Below, piece after piece: positions 35,701-48,214 of a stretch of 64,000 nt of DNA (position 1 is its first letter; each line of letters begins with the position of its first letter). This DNA is from the human T2T-CHM13v2.0 reference genome, Homo sapiens, in contig CP086569.2 in NCBI GenBank assembly GCA_009914755.4, positions 544,001-608,000 of the forward strand. Reading direction: 5' to 3'. The position numbers were made by a program, and so were the translations under genes. The notes beneath the pieces were generated by a model. That model worked only from the letters and a program-made list of their open reading frames with translations, did no database searches and was not told the DNA's origin.

Positions 35701-36889
35701 TGACCACCTGCAGGGACCCTCCCCCACCTGAGATCTAAACACCTGACCACCTGCAGAGACCCTCCCCACCTGAGATCTAAACAACTGACCACCTGCAGGG
35801 ACCCTCCCCCACCTGAGATCTAAACACCTGACCACCTGCAGAGACCCTCCCCCACCTGAGATCTAAACACCTGACCACCTGCAGGGACCCTCCCCACCTG
35901 AGATCTAAACACCTGACCACCTGCAGGGACCCTCCCCACCTGAGATCTAAACACCTGACCACCTGCAGAGACCCTCCCCACCCGAGATCTAAACACCTGA
36001 CCACCTGCAGGGACCCTCCCCACCTGAGATCTAAACACCTGACCACCTGCAGGGACCCTCCCCACCTGAGATCTAAACACCTGACCACCTGCAGAGACCC
36101 TCCCCCACCTGAGATCTAAACACCTGACCACCTGCAGAGACCCTCCCCCACCTGAGATCTAAACACCTGACCACCTGCAGAGACCCTCCCCCACCTGAGA
36201 TCTAAACACCTGACCACCTGCAGTGACCCTCCCCACCCGAGATCTGACCACCTGACCACCTGCAGAGACCCTCCCCCACCTGAGATCTAAACAACTGACC
36301 ACCTGCAGGGACCCTCCCCCACCTGAGATCTAAACACCTGACCACCTGCAGAGACCCTCCCCCACCTGAGATCTAAACACCTGACCACCTGCAGAGACCC
36401 TCCCCCACCTGAGATCTAAACACCTGACCACCTGCAGTGACCCTCCCCACCCGAGATCTGACCACCTGACCACCTGCAGAGACCCTCCCCACCTGAGATC
36501 TAAACACCTGACCACCTGCAGAGACCCTCCCCCACCTGAGATCTAAACACCTGACCACCTGCAGGGACCCTCCCCACCTGAGATCTAAACACCTGACCAC
36601 CTGCAGAGACCCTCCCCACCTGAGATCTAAACACCTGACCACCTGCAGGGACCCTCCCCACCTGAGATCTAAACACCTGACCACCTGCAGAGACCCTCCC
36701 CACCTGAGATCTAAACACCTGACCACCTGCAGAGACCCTCCCCACCTGAGATCTAAACACCTGACCACCTGCAGAGACCCTCCCCACCCAAGATCTGACC
36801 ACCTGACCACCTGCAGTGACCCTCCCCACCCGAGATCTGAACACCTCACCACCTACAGGTACCCTCCCCACCTGAGGTCTGAACACCTG
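32783..36889. repeat. Large VNTR/minisatellite: 42/43-bp unit x about 96 (~4.1 kb)
   Basis: Unit cacctgagatct(a/g)aaca(c/a)ctgaccacctgcag(g/t/a)gaccctcccc; 42- or 43-bp spacing measured at 32901, 32943, ...; variant units with cccaagatctgaccacctg recur every 2-3 units around 35.4-35.7 kb. Confidence 0.97.
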
Positions 36890-37109
36890 ATGGTACATAA
36901 GCAGGGGTTTATATACCATCTTAACAAAGGATGATGAATTCCTGGAGGATTACCTAGGCAAAGGGAAAAAAAATTATGGACTTCCAGGGGTGGTACATTG
37001 TGGGAAGCTACATATCTTTGGGAAAGAAATGGAAGATAAGGGTGATTTCATCAGCTTTGATGCCTTCTCCATGACACGTGTCATCTGAAATAATTAAGAG
37101 CCATGCTCG

Positions 37110-37580
<471 letters not shown>

Positions 37581-37837
37581 TCACCCTTAATCTGGGTGGG
37601 CACCATCTCATCAGCTGCCAGCAGGGCCAGAATATAAAGCAGGCAGAAACACGTGAAAAGGCTAGACTGGCTTAGCCTCCGAGCCTACATCTTTCTCCCA
37701 TTGCTGGAGGCTTCCTGCCCTCGAACATCGGACTCCAAGTTCTTCCCCTTGGGGACTTGGACTGCTGCTCCTTACTCCTCAGCCTGCAGATGGCCCGTGG
37801 TGGAATCTTGTGACCCTGTCAGTTAATGCTGCTTAAT

Positions 37838-37975
37838 AAACTCTCCTTTAGATAGATAGATAGAAAGATAGATAGGTAGGTAGGTAGATAGATAGATAGA
37901 TGATAGAAAGATAGAAAGATAGGTAGATAGATAGATAGATAGAAAGATAGACAGATAGATGGAAAGATAGAGAAC
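37838..37975. repeat. (GATA)n/(TAGA)n microsatellite
   Basis: gatagatagaaagatagataggtaggtaggtagatagatagatagatgatag... Confidence 0.95.
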
Positions 37976-39010
37976 TATATATATAGTTTTATATATAGAA
38001 TGATACATAGTGTTATATATAGATATTTATATATAAACTATATATAACTACATAGTTTATATATAAAACTGTATAACTATATACAGTTTTACATATATAA
38101 AACTATATATGACTATATATAGTTATATTTATATATACATATATGTAAAACTATATATAAATATATATCTATAACATATAAAACTATGTGTAACATATAT
38201 AGTTACATTTACATATCTATACATATATGTAAAAATATATAGTTATAGTTTTATATATGTAAAACTACATATATAGTTTTATGTAAAACTATATATAAAA
38301 CTACACTATAAAACTATATATAAGACTATATAAAACTATATATAACTACATAGTAATATACATATAATGTTAAAACTATAACTGTATATAAACTACATAA
38401 TATATAATATATATTTAAATATATATAGTTATATATAACTATATATAACTATATATAGTGTTAAATATAAATATATAACTATATATAGTGTTAAAACTAT
38501 ATATAATATATAATATATATTAAATATATATATTTATATATAACTATATATAAACTATATATAATATATAATATATATTAAATATATATATTTATATATA
38601 ACTATATATAAACATATATAATATATAATATATATTTAAATATATATTTATATATAACTATATATAAACTATATATAATATATAATATATATTTAAATAT
38701 ATATATTTATATATAACTATATATAAACTATATATAATATATAATATATATTTAAATATATATTTATATATAACTATATATAGTGATATATATAATATAT
38801 GTATAGTTATATATATAACTATGTATAGTGATATATATAATATATGTATAGTTATATATATAACTATATATAGTGATATATAATATATGTATAGTTATAT
38901 ATATAACTATATATAACTGCAGAATGTATATATACAGAATAGATATATACGTCTAATAGTGTATATATATATATAAATAAGAGTTCTGTCTCTCATAGTA
39001 TATATATTTA
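37976..39010. repeat. AT-rich tandem repeat block (TATA/actatatata-based, ~58-bp periodicity in the 38.5-38.8 kb part)
   Basis: tatatttatatataactatatataaactatatataatatataatatatattaaatata repeated at 38,520, 38,578, 38,640 and 38,700. Confidence 0.85.
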
Positions 39011-39306
39011 TGTCTCTCCTTTAGTTCTCTTCTCTAGAGAACCGTGACTAATACACCTGTACAAAAGGAAATGTATGTTCTGCCATTGTGCATTTGGGAG
39101 GGCGACCTCCAAGGCCTCCATCCCTTCCCTGGAGCTGATGGAGATGCGCTGCCCTTGGCTATTGCTATGAGGGGTACTGGGCTGGGGCAGGGATCCCCAT
39201 GGGGACACCACACCTTTCCTTTTGAGTTCCCCAAGGTTGCAGTGTTTCTGATGACTGAGCATTGAGGACAGTGGGGACACCACCTGGAAGGCAGGGCCTG
39301 GTCCCA

Positions 39307-39314
39307 TATAAAAG
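39307..39314 (+). promoter_or_regulatory. Candidate TATA box (tataaaag) ~65 bp upstream of an ATG
   Basis: gtcccatataaaagaggcaacgagagagccaaggccagctctccttgttgttctgagcctggccagcagccaagggagatgatgg. Confidence 0.3.
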
Positions 39315-39378
39315 AGGCAACGAGAGAGCCAAGGCCAGCTCTCCTTGTTGTTCTGAGCCTGGCCAGCAGCCAAGGGAG

Positions 39379-39493
39379 ATGATGGACACAGTCCAGGGTG
39401 ATGTGGGCCCCTCCCTCTTGCGCTGCCCCTGGGCTGAGCTGGACGCTGCAAATTCGCGGGAAGACACGTTTTCGGCATCACCCCGTCCTGCAG
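39379..39493 (+). CDS. Candidate coding first exon (MMDTVQGDVGPSLLRCPWAELDAANSREDTFSASPRPA), ending at a CAG|gtagag donor; product unknown
   Basis: ATG in a Kozak-like context (gggagATGATGG); open frame to the donor at 39493/39494; CpG-rich. Confidence 0.15.
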
Positions 39494-39550
39494 GTAGAGG
39501 GAGCCCTGGAGAGATTGTCTTCTGAGTTCCTTTCTCTTTTATTTATTTAG

Positions 39551-39731
39551 ATTTGTGGGGCAGCCCTACTTTGTTCTATGAGAAAAGCAGGAGGGACCAG
39601 GAGGAGGTTCTATGGATGATGACCACGACCGACGTAATCTCAGGCAAGCTTCAGAAGAGGAGACGTGAGCGTTCACTAAGGAAGATCAAACGCACCCGCA
39701 AAAAGATGAGCCCAGCTTTGCTAACGCCCTG
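39551..39731 (+). CDS. Candidate internal coding exon with a strong acceptor (tttctcttttatttatttag|) and donor (ccctg|gtgagt); product unknown, basic K/R-rich
   Basis: Open frame (D)LWGSPTLFYEKSRRDQEEVLWMMTTTDVISGKLQKRRRERSLRKIKRTRKKMSPALLTPW in the same frame as 39379 if the 57-nt segment 39494-39550 is removed. Confidence 0.2.
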
Positions 39732-39759
39732 GTGAGTGTCAGGTACAGATAGAGGATGA

Positions 39760-41630
39760 AAACCTTCAACACACAGGGAACGTGGGCTCCCAGCAGAGCT
39801 GACCACAGACAGGCCCAGGCCCTGCTAACACCCCAGTCACAGGTCCAGTGCAGACAGTGGACGCCGGTATTCAATGCACAGGGGACGTGTCTCCCTGCAA
39901 ACCTCACCACAGATGGGCCCAGGCCCTGCTAACGCCCCGGTCACAGGTCAGGTGTAGACAGTGGATACTGGTATTCAATGCACAGGGGACATGTGCTCCC
40001 TGCAGAACTGACTCCAGACAGGCCCAGGCCCTGCTAATGCCCCGGTCACAGGTCAGGTGCAGACAGTGGACACTGGTATTTAATGCAGGGGGGATGTGGG
40101 CTCCCAGCAGAACTGACCCCAGACAGGCCCAGGCCCTGCTAACGCTCCGGTCACAGGTCAGGTGCAGACAGTGGACGCTGGTATTCAATGCACAGGGGAT
40201 GTGGGCTCCCAGCAGAGCTCACCACAGACAGGCCCAGGCCCTGCTAACGCCCCGGTCACAGGTCAGGTGCAGACAGTAGACGCCGGTATTCAATGCACAG
40301 GGGACGTGACTCCATGCAAACCTCACCACAGACGGGCCCAGGCCCTGCTAACGCCCCGGTCACAGGTCAGGTGTAGACAGTGGATACTGGTATTCAATGC
40401 ACAGGGGACATGTGCTCCCTGCAGAACTGACTCCAGACAGGCCCAGGCCCTGCTAATGCCCCGGTCACAGGTCAGGTGCAGACAGTGGACACTGGTATTT
40501 AATGCAGGGGGGATGTGGGCTCCCAGCAGAACTGACCCCAGACAGGCCCAGGCCCTGCTAACGCTCCGGTCACAGGTCAGGTGCAGACAGTGGACGCTGG
40601 TATTCAATGCACAGGGGACGTGACTCCATGCAAACCTCACCACAGACAGGTCCAGGCCCTGCTAACGCCCCAGTCGCAGGTCAGGTGCAGAGAGTGGACG
40701 CCGGTATTCAATGCACAGGGGACATGACTTCATGCAAACCTCACCACAGACAGGCCCAGGCCCTGCTAACATCCCAGTCACAGGTCAGGTGCAGACAGTG
40801 GACGCTGGTATTCAATGCACAGGGGACGTGACTCCATGCAAACCTCACCACAGACAGGTCCAGGTCCTGCTAACGCCCCGGTCGCAGGTCAGGTGCAGAC
40901 AGTGGACGTCGGTATTCAATGCACAGGGGACGTGTCTTCCTGCAAACCTCACCACAGACAGGTCCAGGCCCTGCTAACGCCCCGGTCGCAGGTCAGGTGC
41001 AGAGAGTGGACGCCGGTATTCAATGCACAGGGGACGTGACTCCATGCAAACCTCACCACAGACAGGTCCAGGCCCTGCTAACATCCCACTCACAGGTCAG
41101 GTGCATTCAGTGGACGCCGGTATTCAATGCACAGGGGACGATGGCTCCCAGCAGAGCTCACCACAGACAAGCCCAGGTCCTGCTAACGCCCAGGTCAGAC
41201 TGGGTCAGGTACAGATGGGACCAGGCCCTGCTAACACCCTGGTGAGTATCAGGTGCACACAGAAGATGGGAACAGGGGATGTGGGCTCCCTGCAGAACTG
41301 ACCACAGACAGTCCTGGTCCTTGCTAACACCCAGGCCAGTTTAGCTGAGGTATAGACGGCAGACGGCGGCATTTAATGCACAGGGAATGCGGGTTCCCTG
41401 CAAAACTCACCACAGACATGTCCAGGCACTGCTAACATCCTGGGCACAGGTCAGGTACACACAGTGGACGTGAACATTCAATACTCATCCCAGATGGGAC
41501 CAGACCCTGCTAACGCCCCAGTCAGAGGTCAGCTGGGCATTTAATACACGTGAGACATGGGGTCCTGCAGAACTCACAACAGACGGGCTGAGCCCCGCCA
41601 ACGCCCAGGTCAGAAGTCAGGGCCAGAGTG
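39760..41630. repeat. VNTR: ~104-bp unit x about 15 plus degenerate copies; first ~850 bp organised as a ~419-bp (4-unit) higher-order repeat
   Basis: Unit ..caggcccaggccctgctaacgccccggtcacaggtcaggtgcagacagtggacgctggtattcaatgcacaggggacgtgggctcccagcagagctcaccacagac..; the identical minus-frame translations of 39904-40188 and 40323-40643 give a 419-bp period. Confidence 0.95.
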
Positions 41631-41726
41631 TTGTGGCGTTTTTCCCGGGATTTTTGTGTCCAGCTAAATCTGTCCAGCTGCCGTCAGCTGTAACGCCTAG
41701 GAGCTGCAGCAGTCTCTGCTACCCTT

Positions 41727-42368
41727 TTATTCTTTCTCTCTTTCTTTTTCTTTTTCTTTCTTTCTTTCTTTCTTTGTCTTTCTTTCTTCCTTTCTTTCCT
41801 TTCTTTCTTTCCTTTCTTTCCTTCCTTTCTTTCTTTCCTTCTTTCTTTCTTTCTTTGTTTCTTTCTTTGTCTTTCTTCCTTTCTTCCTTTCTTTCCTTTC
41901 TTTCCTTCCTTTTTCTTTCTTTCTTTCTTTGTCTTTCTTTCTTCCTTTCTTCCTTTCTTTCCTTTCTTTCTTTCCTTTCTTTTTCTTTCTTTCTTTCTTT
42001 GTCTTTCTTTCTTCCTTTCTTCCTTTCTTCCTTTCTTTCTTTCCTTTCCTTCCTTTCTTTCTTTCCTTCTTTCTTTCTTTGTCTTTCTTTCTTCCTTTCT
42101 TCCTTTCTTTCCTTTCTTTCCTTCCTTTCTTTCTTTCCTTCTTTGTCTTTCTTTCTTTCTTCCTTTCTTTCTTCCTTCCTTTCTTTCTTTCTTTCTCTTT
42201 CTTTCTTTCTTCTTTCTTTCTTTCATCTTTCCTTTCCCTTCCTTCCTTCCTTTCTTTCTTTCTTTGTTTCTTTCTTTGTCTTTCTTTCTTTCTTCCTTTC
42301 TTCCTTTCTTTCCTTTCTTTCCTTTCTTTCCTTCCTTTCTTTCCTTCTTTCTTTGTCTTTCTTCCTTC

Positions 42369-42412
<44 letters not shown>

Positions 42413-42518
42413 TTTCTTTCTTTCCTTCTTTCTGTCTCTTTCTTTCTTTCTTTCTTTCAGCTTTCCCTCCCTTCCTTCCTTCCTTCCTTCCTTCCTTCCT
42501 TCCTTCCTTCCTTCCTTC

Positions 42519-42577
<59 letters not shown>

Positions 42578-42590
42578 TTTCTTTCTTTCA
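41727..42590 (+). repeat. Long polypyrimidine simple repeat (CTTT/CCTT/TTTC)n, ~860 bp
   Basis: Uninterrupted C/T composition: (ctttctttcttt)n, (ccttccttcc)n at 42470-42510. Confidence 0.97.
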
Positions 42591-42591
42591 A

Positions 42592-42870
42592 TGGGGTCTT
42601 TCTCTGTCGTCCAGGCTGGAGTGCAGGGGTGCGATCTCGGCTCACTGCAACCTCCGCCTCCCGGGTTCAAGCGATTTTCCTGCCTCAGCCTCCTGAGTAG
42701 CTGGGATTACACGAGGTGTGTGCCACCACGCCCAGGTAATTTTTGTATTTTTAGTAGAGACGGGGTTTCACCATGTTGGCCAGGCTGGTCTCAAACTCCT
42801 GACCTTGTGATCCACACGCCTCGGCCTCCCAATGTGCTGGGATGACAGGTGTGAGCCACTGCGCCCAGTC
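42592..42870 (-). mobile_element. Alu (minus)
   Basis: ggggtctttctctgtcgtccaggctggagtgcaggggtgcgatctcggctcactgcaacctccgcctcc ... ggtgtgagccactgcgcccag. Confidence 0.9.
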
Positions 42871-43139
42871 TCTGCTCCCTTTTTCGAAGGTTGCTTCTTT
42901 GTGCCTGTTCAGTCTTTTCTGGAACCTCCCATCTCTCTCACGGAGACCTTAGGGGGTGTCCCTTCTAGAATGCTGCCCTGGAGCTGTGCCTGACCCCTCC
43001 TGGGACTTGAGCATTTTTCTGTCGAATGAATGCAGAGGGGTGGAGAAAAACTCCCGCTCTAAACTGGACTTTGCTTCCAACGACGGCTGTTTTTGAATTG
43101 TACCCATCGCCTCTTCATGGTATAAGGTAAGGGCTAAAT

Positions 43140-43758
<619 letters not shown>

Positions 43759-43934
43759 TAGCCTTATCTTTCCTTGGCATCGTCTTCATATCCAAAAAAA
43801 TCCCTCTGGCCAAGTTTTCCTTGTGATGCTTTTTCCAAAAAAAATTGCAGGGACTCTTTAGAAAATTCCAATCTCCCTGGCAGTTTATGCTTGACTAGTT
43901 GGAGTGGCCATTTGGCCTTTAAGAACCTGGAGCA

Positions 43935-44578
<644 letters not shown>

Positions 44579-44639
44579 TCAGATATACATTCAAAATATT
44601 ATTTTCAATAAATGTCTTCTCAGGCGTCCAAATAGACAA

Positions 44640-44830
44640 GCGATTCTCCAGCCTCAGCCTCCTGAGTAGCTGAGACTACAGGCACCCGCCACCAAGCCCG
44701 GCTAATTTTTGTATTTATAGTAGAGACAGGGTTTCACCATGTTGGCCAGCCTGGTCTCGAACTCCGAACCTCAAGTCATCCACCCACTTTGGCACCCCAA
44801 AGTACTGGGATTACAGGCGTGAGCCACCAC
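44640..44830 (-). mobile_element. Alu fragment (minus), paralogue of 43455-43746
   Basis: Shares rare variants with 43455-43746 (aaagtactgggattacagg, tttatagtagagac) and the same right flank, cattaaactt(a/c)tcttagccttat. Confidence 0.8.
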
Positions 44831-46395
44831 GCCCGGACATTAAACTTCTCTTAACCTTATATTTTCTTGTCACCCGCAGAGTGCCACCTGTCCAGGCATC
44901 GTGCTGGCACAGAACGGCCAATGGGCATGGAATTCCCAGCACTGTTTGTCTGATGCATTAGATGACATAAAGATGGTGTCCTAAGGTTCCACACAAACCT
45001 CTTCGCCCACCACTCGGATGATCTGAAAAGCACAAACATAGTTTGTGTCTCGTTGGGGTGTCTACAAACTGTTTTTTGGAACCATGGTCCTTCTCTGCAC
45101 AGGACTCACTTAGCCAAATGCAACTCTTCTCCTGACCTCCTAATTAATAAGATGAAGGCATTCGATCTGTGCGTCTGCAGCCCCGAGACCCCTTCTGCAT
45201 ATTAAAACCCACCTCGCCGGGCAGGCAGAACACTTGTTTGTGTGTATGGGAGCCCCCAGCAGCCCTTGGTCTATACTAGGCAAATAACAAAGAGGAGGAA
45301 AAAAAAAAACTTAACAAATTACAGCTGAAACAAATCACCATTGCCCCGTTTTCAAATTATTATATTTCTGGGGAATTTCAGCCCGTTACATGAAAAGGAA
45401 GACAGCCGATCCAGAGGGCTTTTGATCGTCAGGTTATGTTAATAACCGGCGCTCATGTAAAATGCATAAGATGTACCTTACTGTGGAAGAGGATGGCTGA
45501 TAATTACTCCGTATGCACAGAGGGTACCTCATTCCAAACGGATGCATAAAGACCCCCTTTTACATGGCAGCCTAATTACTTATAGACAGTTGAGCAGAAA
45601 ATTACTTTCATCTGCTTCAACATGTGGCAGCAAAGAGATTTGAGCTGTACTTTTCAAAACAGCTGGCTGGCATACTGCAAGAGAAGGCCGGTGTTGTGTG
45701 GGACTGATTGCAAAGTGCATTTTCTGATAATTAGATCTATTAGAGAGAGGCAAGGACCAGCCTGCATTGGAAGCGGAAAAAAAAAATTAACTGCAATGAA
45801 CAGCAAGCAGGCAGTTCCTAGATGCTCCCAAAAGCCTGAACGGGGGCTGGGACGGTCACAGAGCGGCCCGGCCCCCATGAGCTCAATCTCTGATCACAGC
45901 AGGGTCCCCAGAGAGAGTGGGGGGGCCCTCCTGATGGCATGGCCAGGACCCCCGAGGCCGCCACCGGAGACTCTGCCTTTGATCTCGCCCTGGTCTGCTC
46001 ACTCTGCGTGAGGACGACTCTGCCATCCTAATGATGGTTTTGCATCTGCCTGAGGTTTTGCTTTGCAGGGCTGCGGAAAGTGTCTAGCACGGCCAGCACC
46101 GGCCAGAGATACGGGGACCTGGGGGATGAGAATCCGCAGGTGCAGGTGGAGAAGAAACTTCTTTCTTGGAGGCTGCGGCGGCTCGTGGGGGAGCTGCCCC
46201 GGGTGGGAAGCATTTTGGGGCATCTACAGAGTATCTTGGGGAGGGGAATAAGACCTGCAGATTCTTCCTACATAGCTTATTTTGGTGTAGATAAAACGAG
46301 TGTTGTGGGACACTGTTTTCACAGCCTGGCGTTAGCTTCTGGTCTTCGGGATCTTCAAGAGAGGCTTTTAATTTTCTTTTTCTATTTATTTTTAA

Positions 46396-47300
<905 letters not shown>

Positions 47301-47329
47301 TTAACGTTTTAACTGACAACTGAAAGTTG

Positions 47330-47560
47330 TACATATTTAGGTTGTGTGCCATGAGGTTTTGACACTGTAGAATTCGTGGCATTAAGCTGATTAGCCAATG
47401 CCCTATCTCTGAGACTTACTATTGATTTGTGGTGAGAAAGAGTAACATCAACTCAGCCATTTTTAAGTCAACAATACGTATATTATTATCAACAATGTTA
47501 TCTTGTTGCACTGTAAATGGATACAATGTTACCAGTCACCATGCCATATATTGGAGCTCT
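47330..47560 (-). mobile_element. Possible old L1 3' fragment
   Basis: ttgtacatatttaggttgtgtgccatgaggttttgacactgtagaattcgtggcattaagctgattagccaatgccc...; weak resemblance only. Confidence 0.35.
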
Positions 47561-48214
47561 TGAACTTTTTCCTCCTGACAAATTGACGCTCTGTGTCCTT
47601 CAACCAACATTTCCGCAACCCCCAATTAGAAGGGAAGGCCTTCAAACAGGTCTCTGCCACCAGCTTTTAACACCATTTGAATGTCATACCAACCCCCTCC
47701 TTGGCCCCTGAGTCCCTTCCGACGTCCCACACAGAGCCCCTCCTCCAGCCACTCACATCCTTGTGGACATCTGGTTGCTGGACTTCAGCCCCGGCCCTTG
47801 CTCAGTAATTCCTACAACACCCGTCCGTGACACCTGGGCTAAGACCTGAGACCAACCTTGTCCAAAAGACCCCGAAAATTCCTGACTCTTTGAGACCTTC
47901 TCCTCTCCTCCTGCCCCCATCTCCTCATCCCCACTCTCCCTCCCTGGAGTTTCTGCTGCTCTGAGCACCTCAAACTCACCCTCACCCCCAGGTCCTGGTG
48001 ATGTCCAAGCCGACTGCTGGGATGATGCAGTTCCCACAGACCTCCCCTGGCCACCCACCAGCATTCCAGCCTTTGCTTGGAGACTCCTCCTTCACCTTTC
48101 TCAAGAGGCAGTTCCCTTGGGGGTTTTCTCCATGGCACTTGATCACACAACTTCAGTTTCTGAAGGTCTTGATTTGTGGACGTGCCCCCCATGGCCCTGT
48201 TCGTGGCATTCAAT

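Noticed and set aside
32402-36919. Many long minus-strand ORFs (up to 398 aa), plus a 181-aa plus-strand ORF, spanning 32.4-36.9 kb
   Set aside because: They are translations of the 42-bp (14-codon) stop-free VNTR unit in different frames (repeating LDLRWGGSLQVVRC, VGRVPAGGQVFRSQ, DPPHLRSKHLTTCR). They are pure repeat artefacts with no start or splice context.
39494-39550. 57-nt intron between the two exon candidates
   Set aside because: It is not asserted as a feature. The length is below the usual human minimum (~70 nt), so the ATG exon and the 39551-39731 exon may not be directly spliced. It is left as a hypothesis in the findings.
41633-42845. ORFs of 255-355 aa in both strands over 41.6-42.8 kb
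   Set aside because: They are translations of the (CTTT)n/(CCTT)n polypyrimidine tract and adjacent Alu (FLSFFLS... on plus, KERKKERK... on minus). This is low-complexity sequence and not coding.
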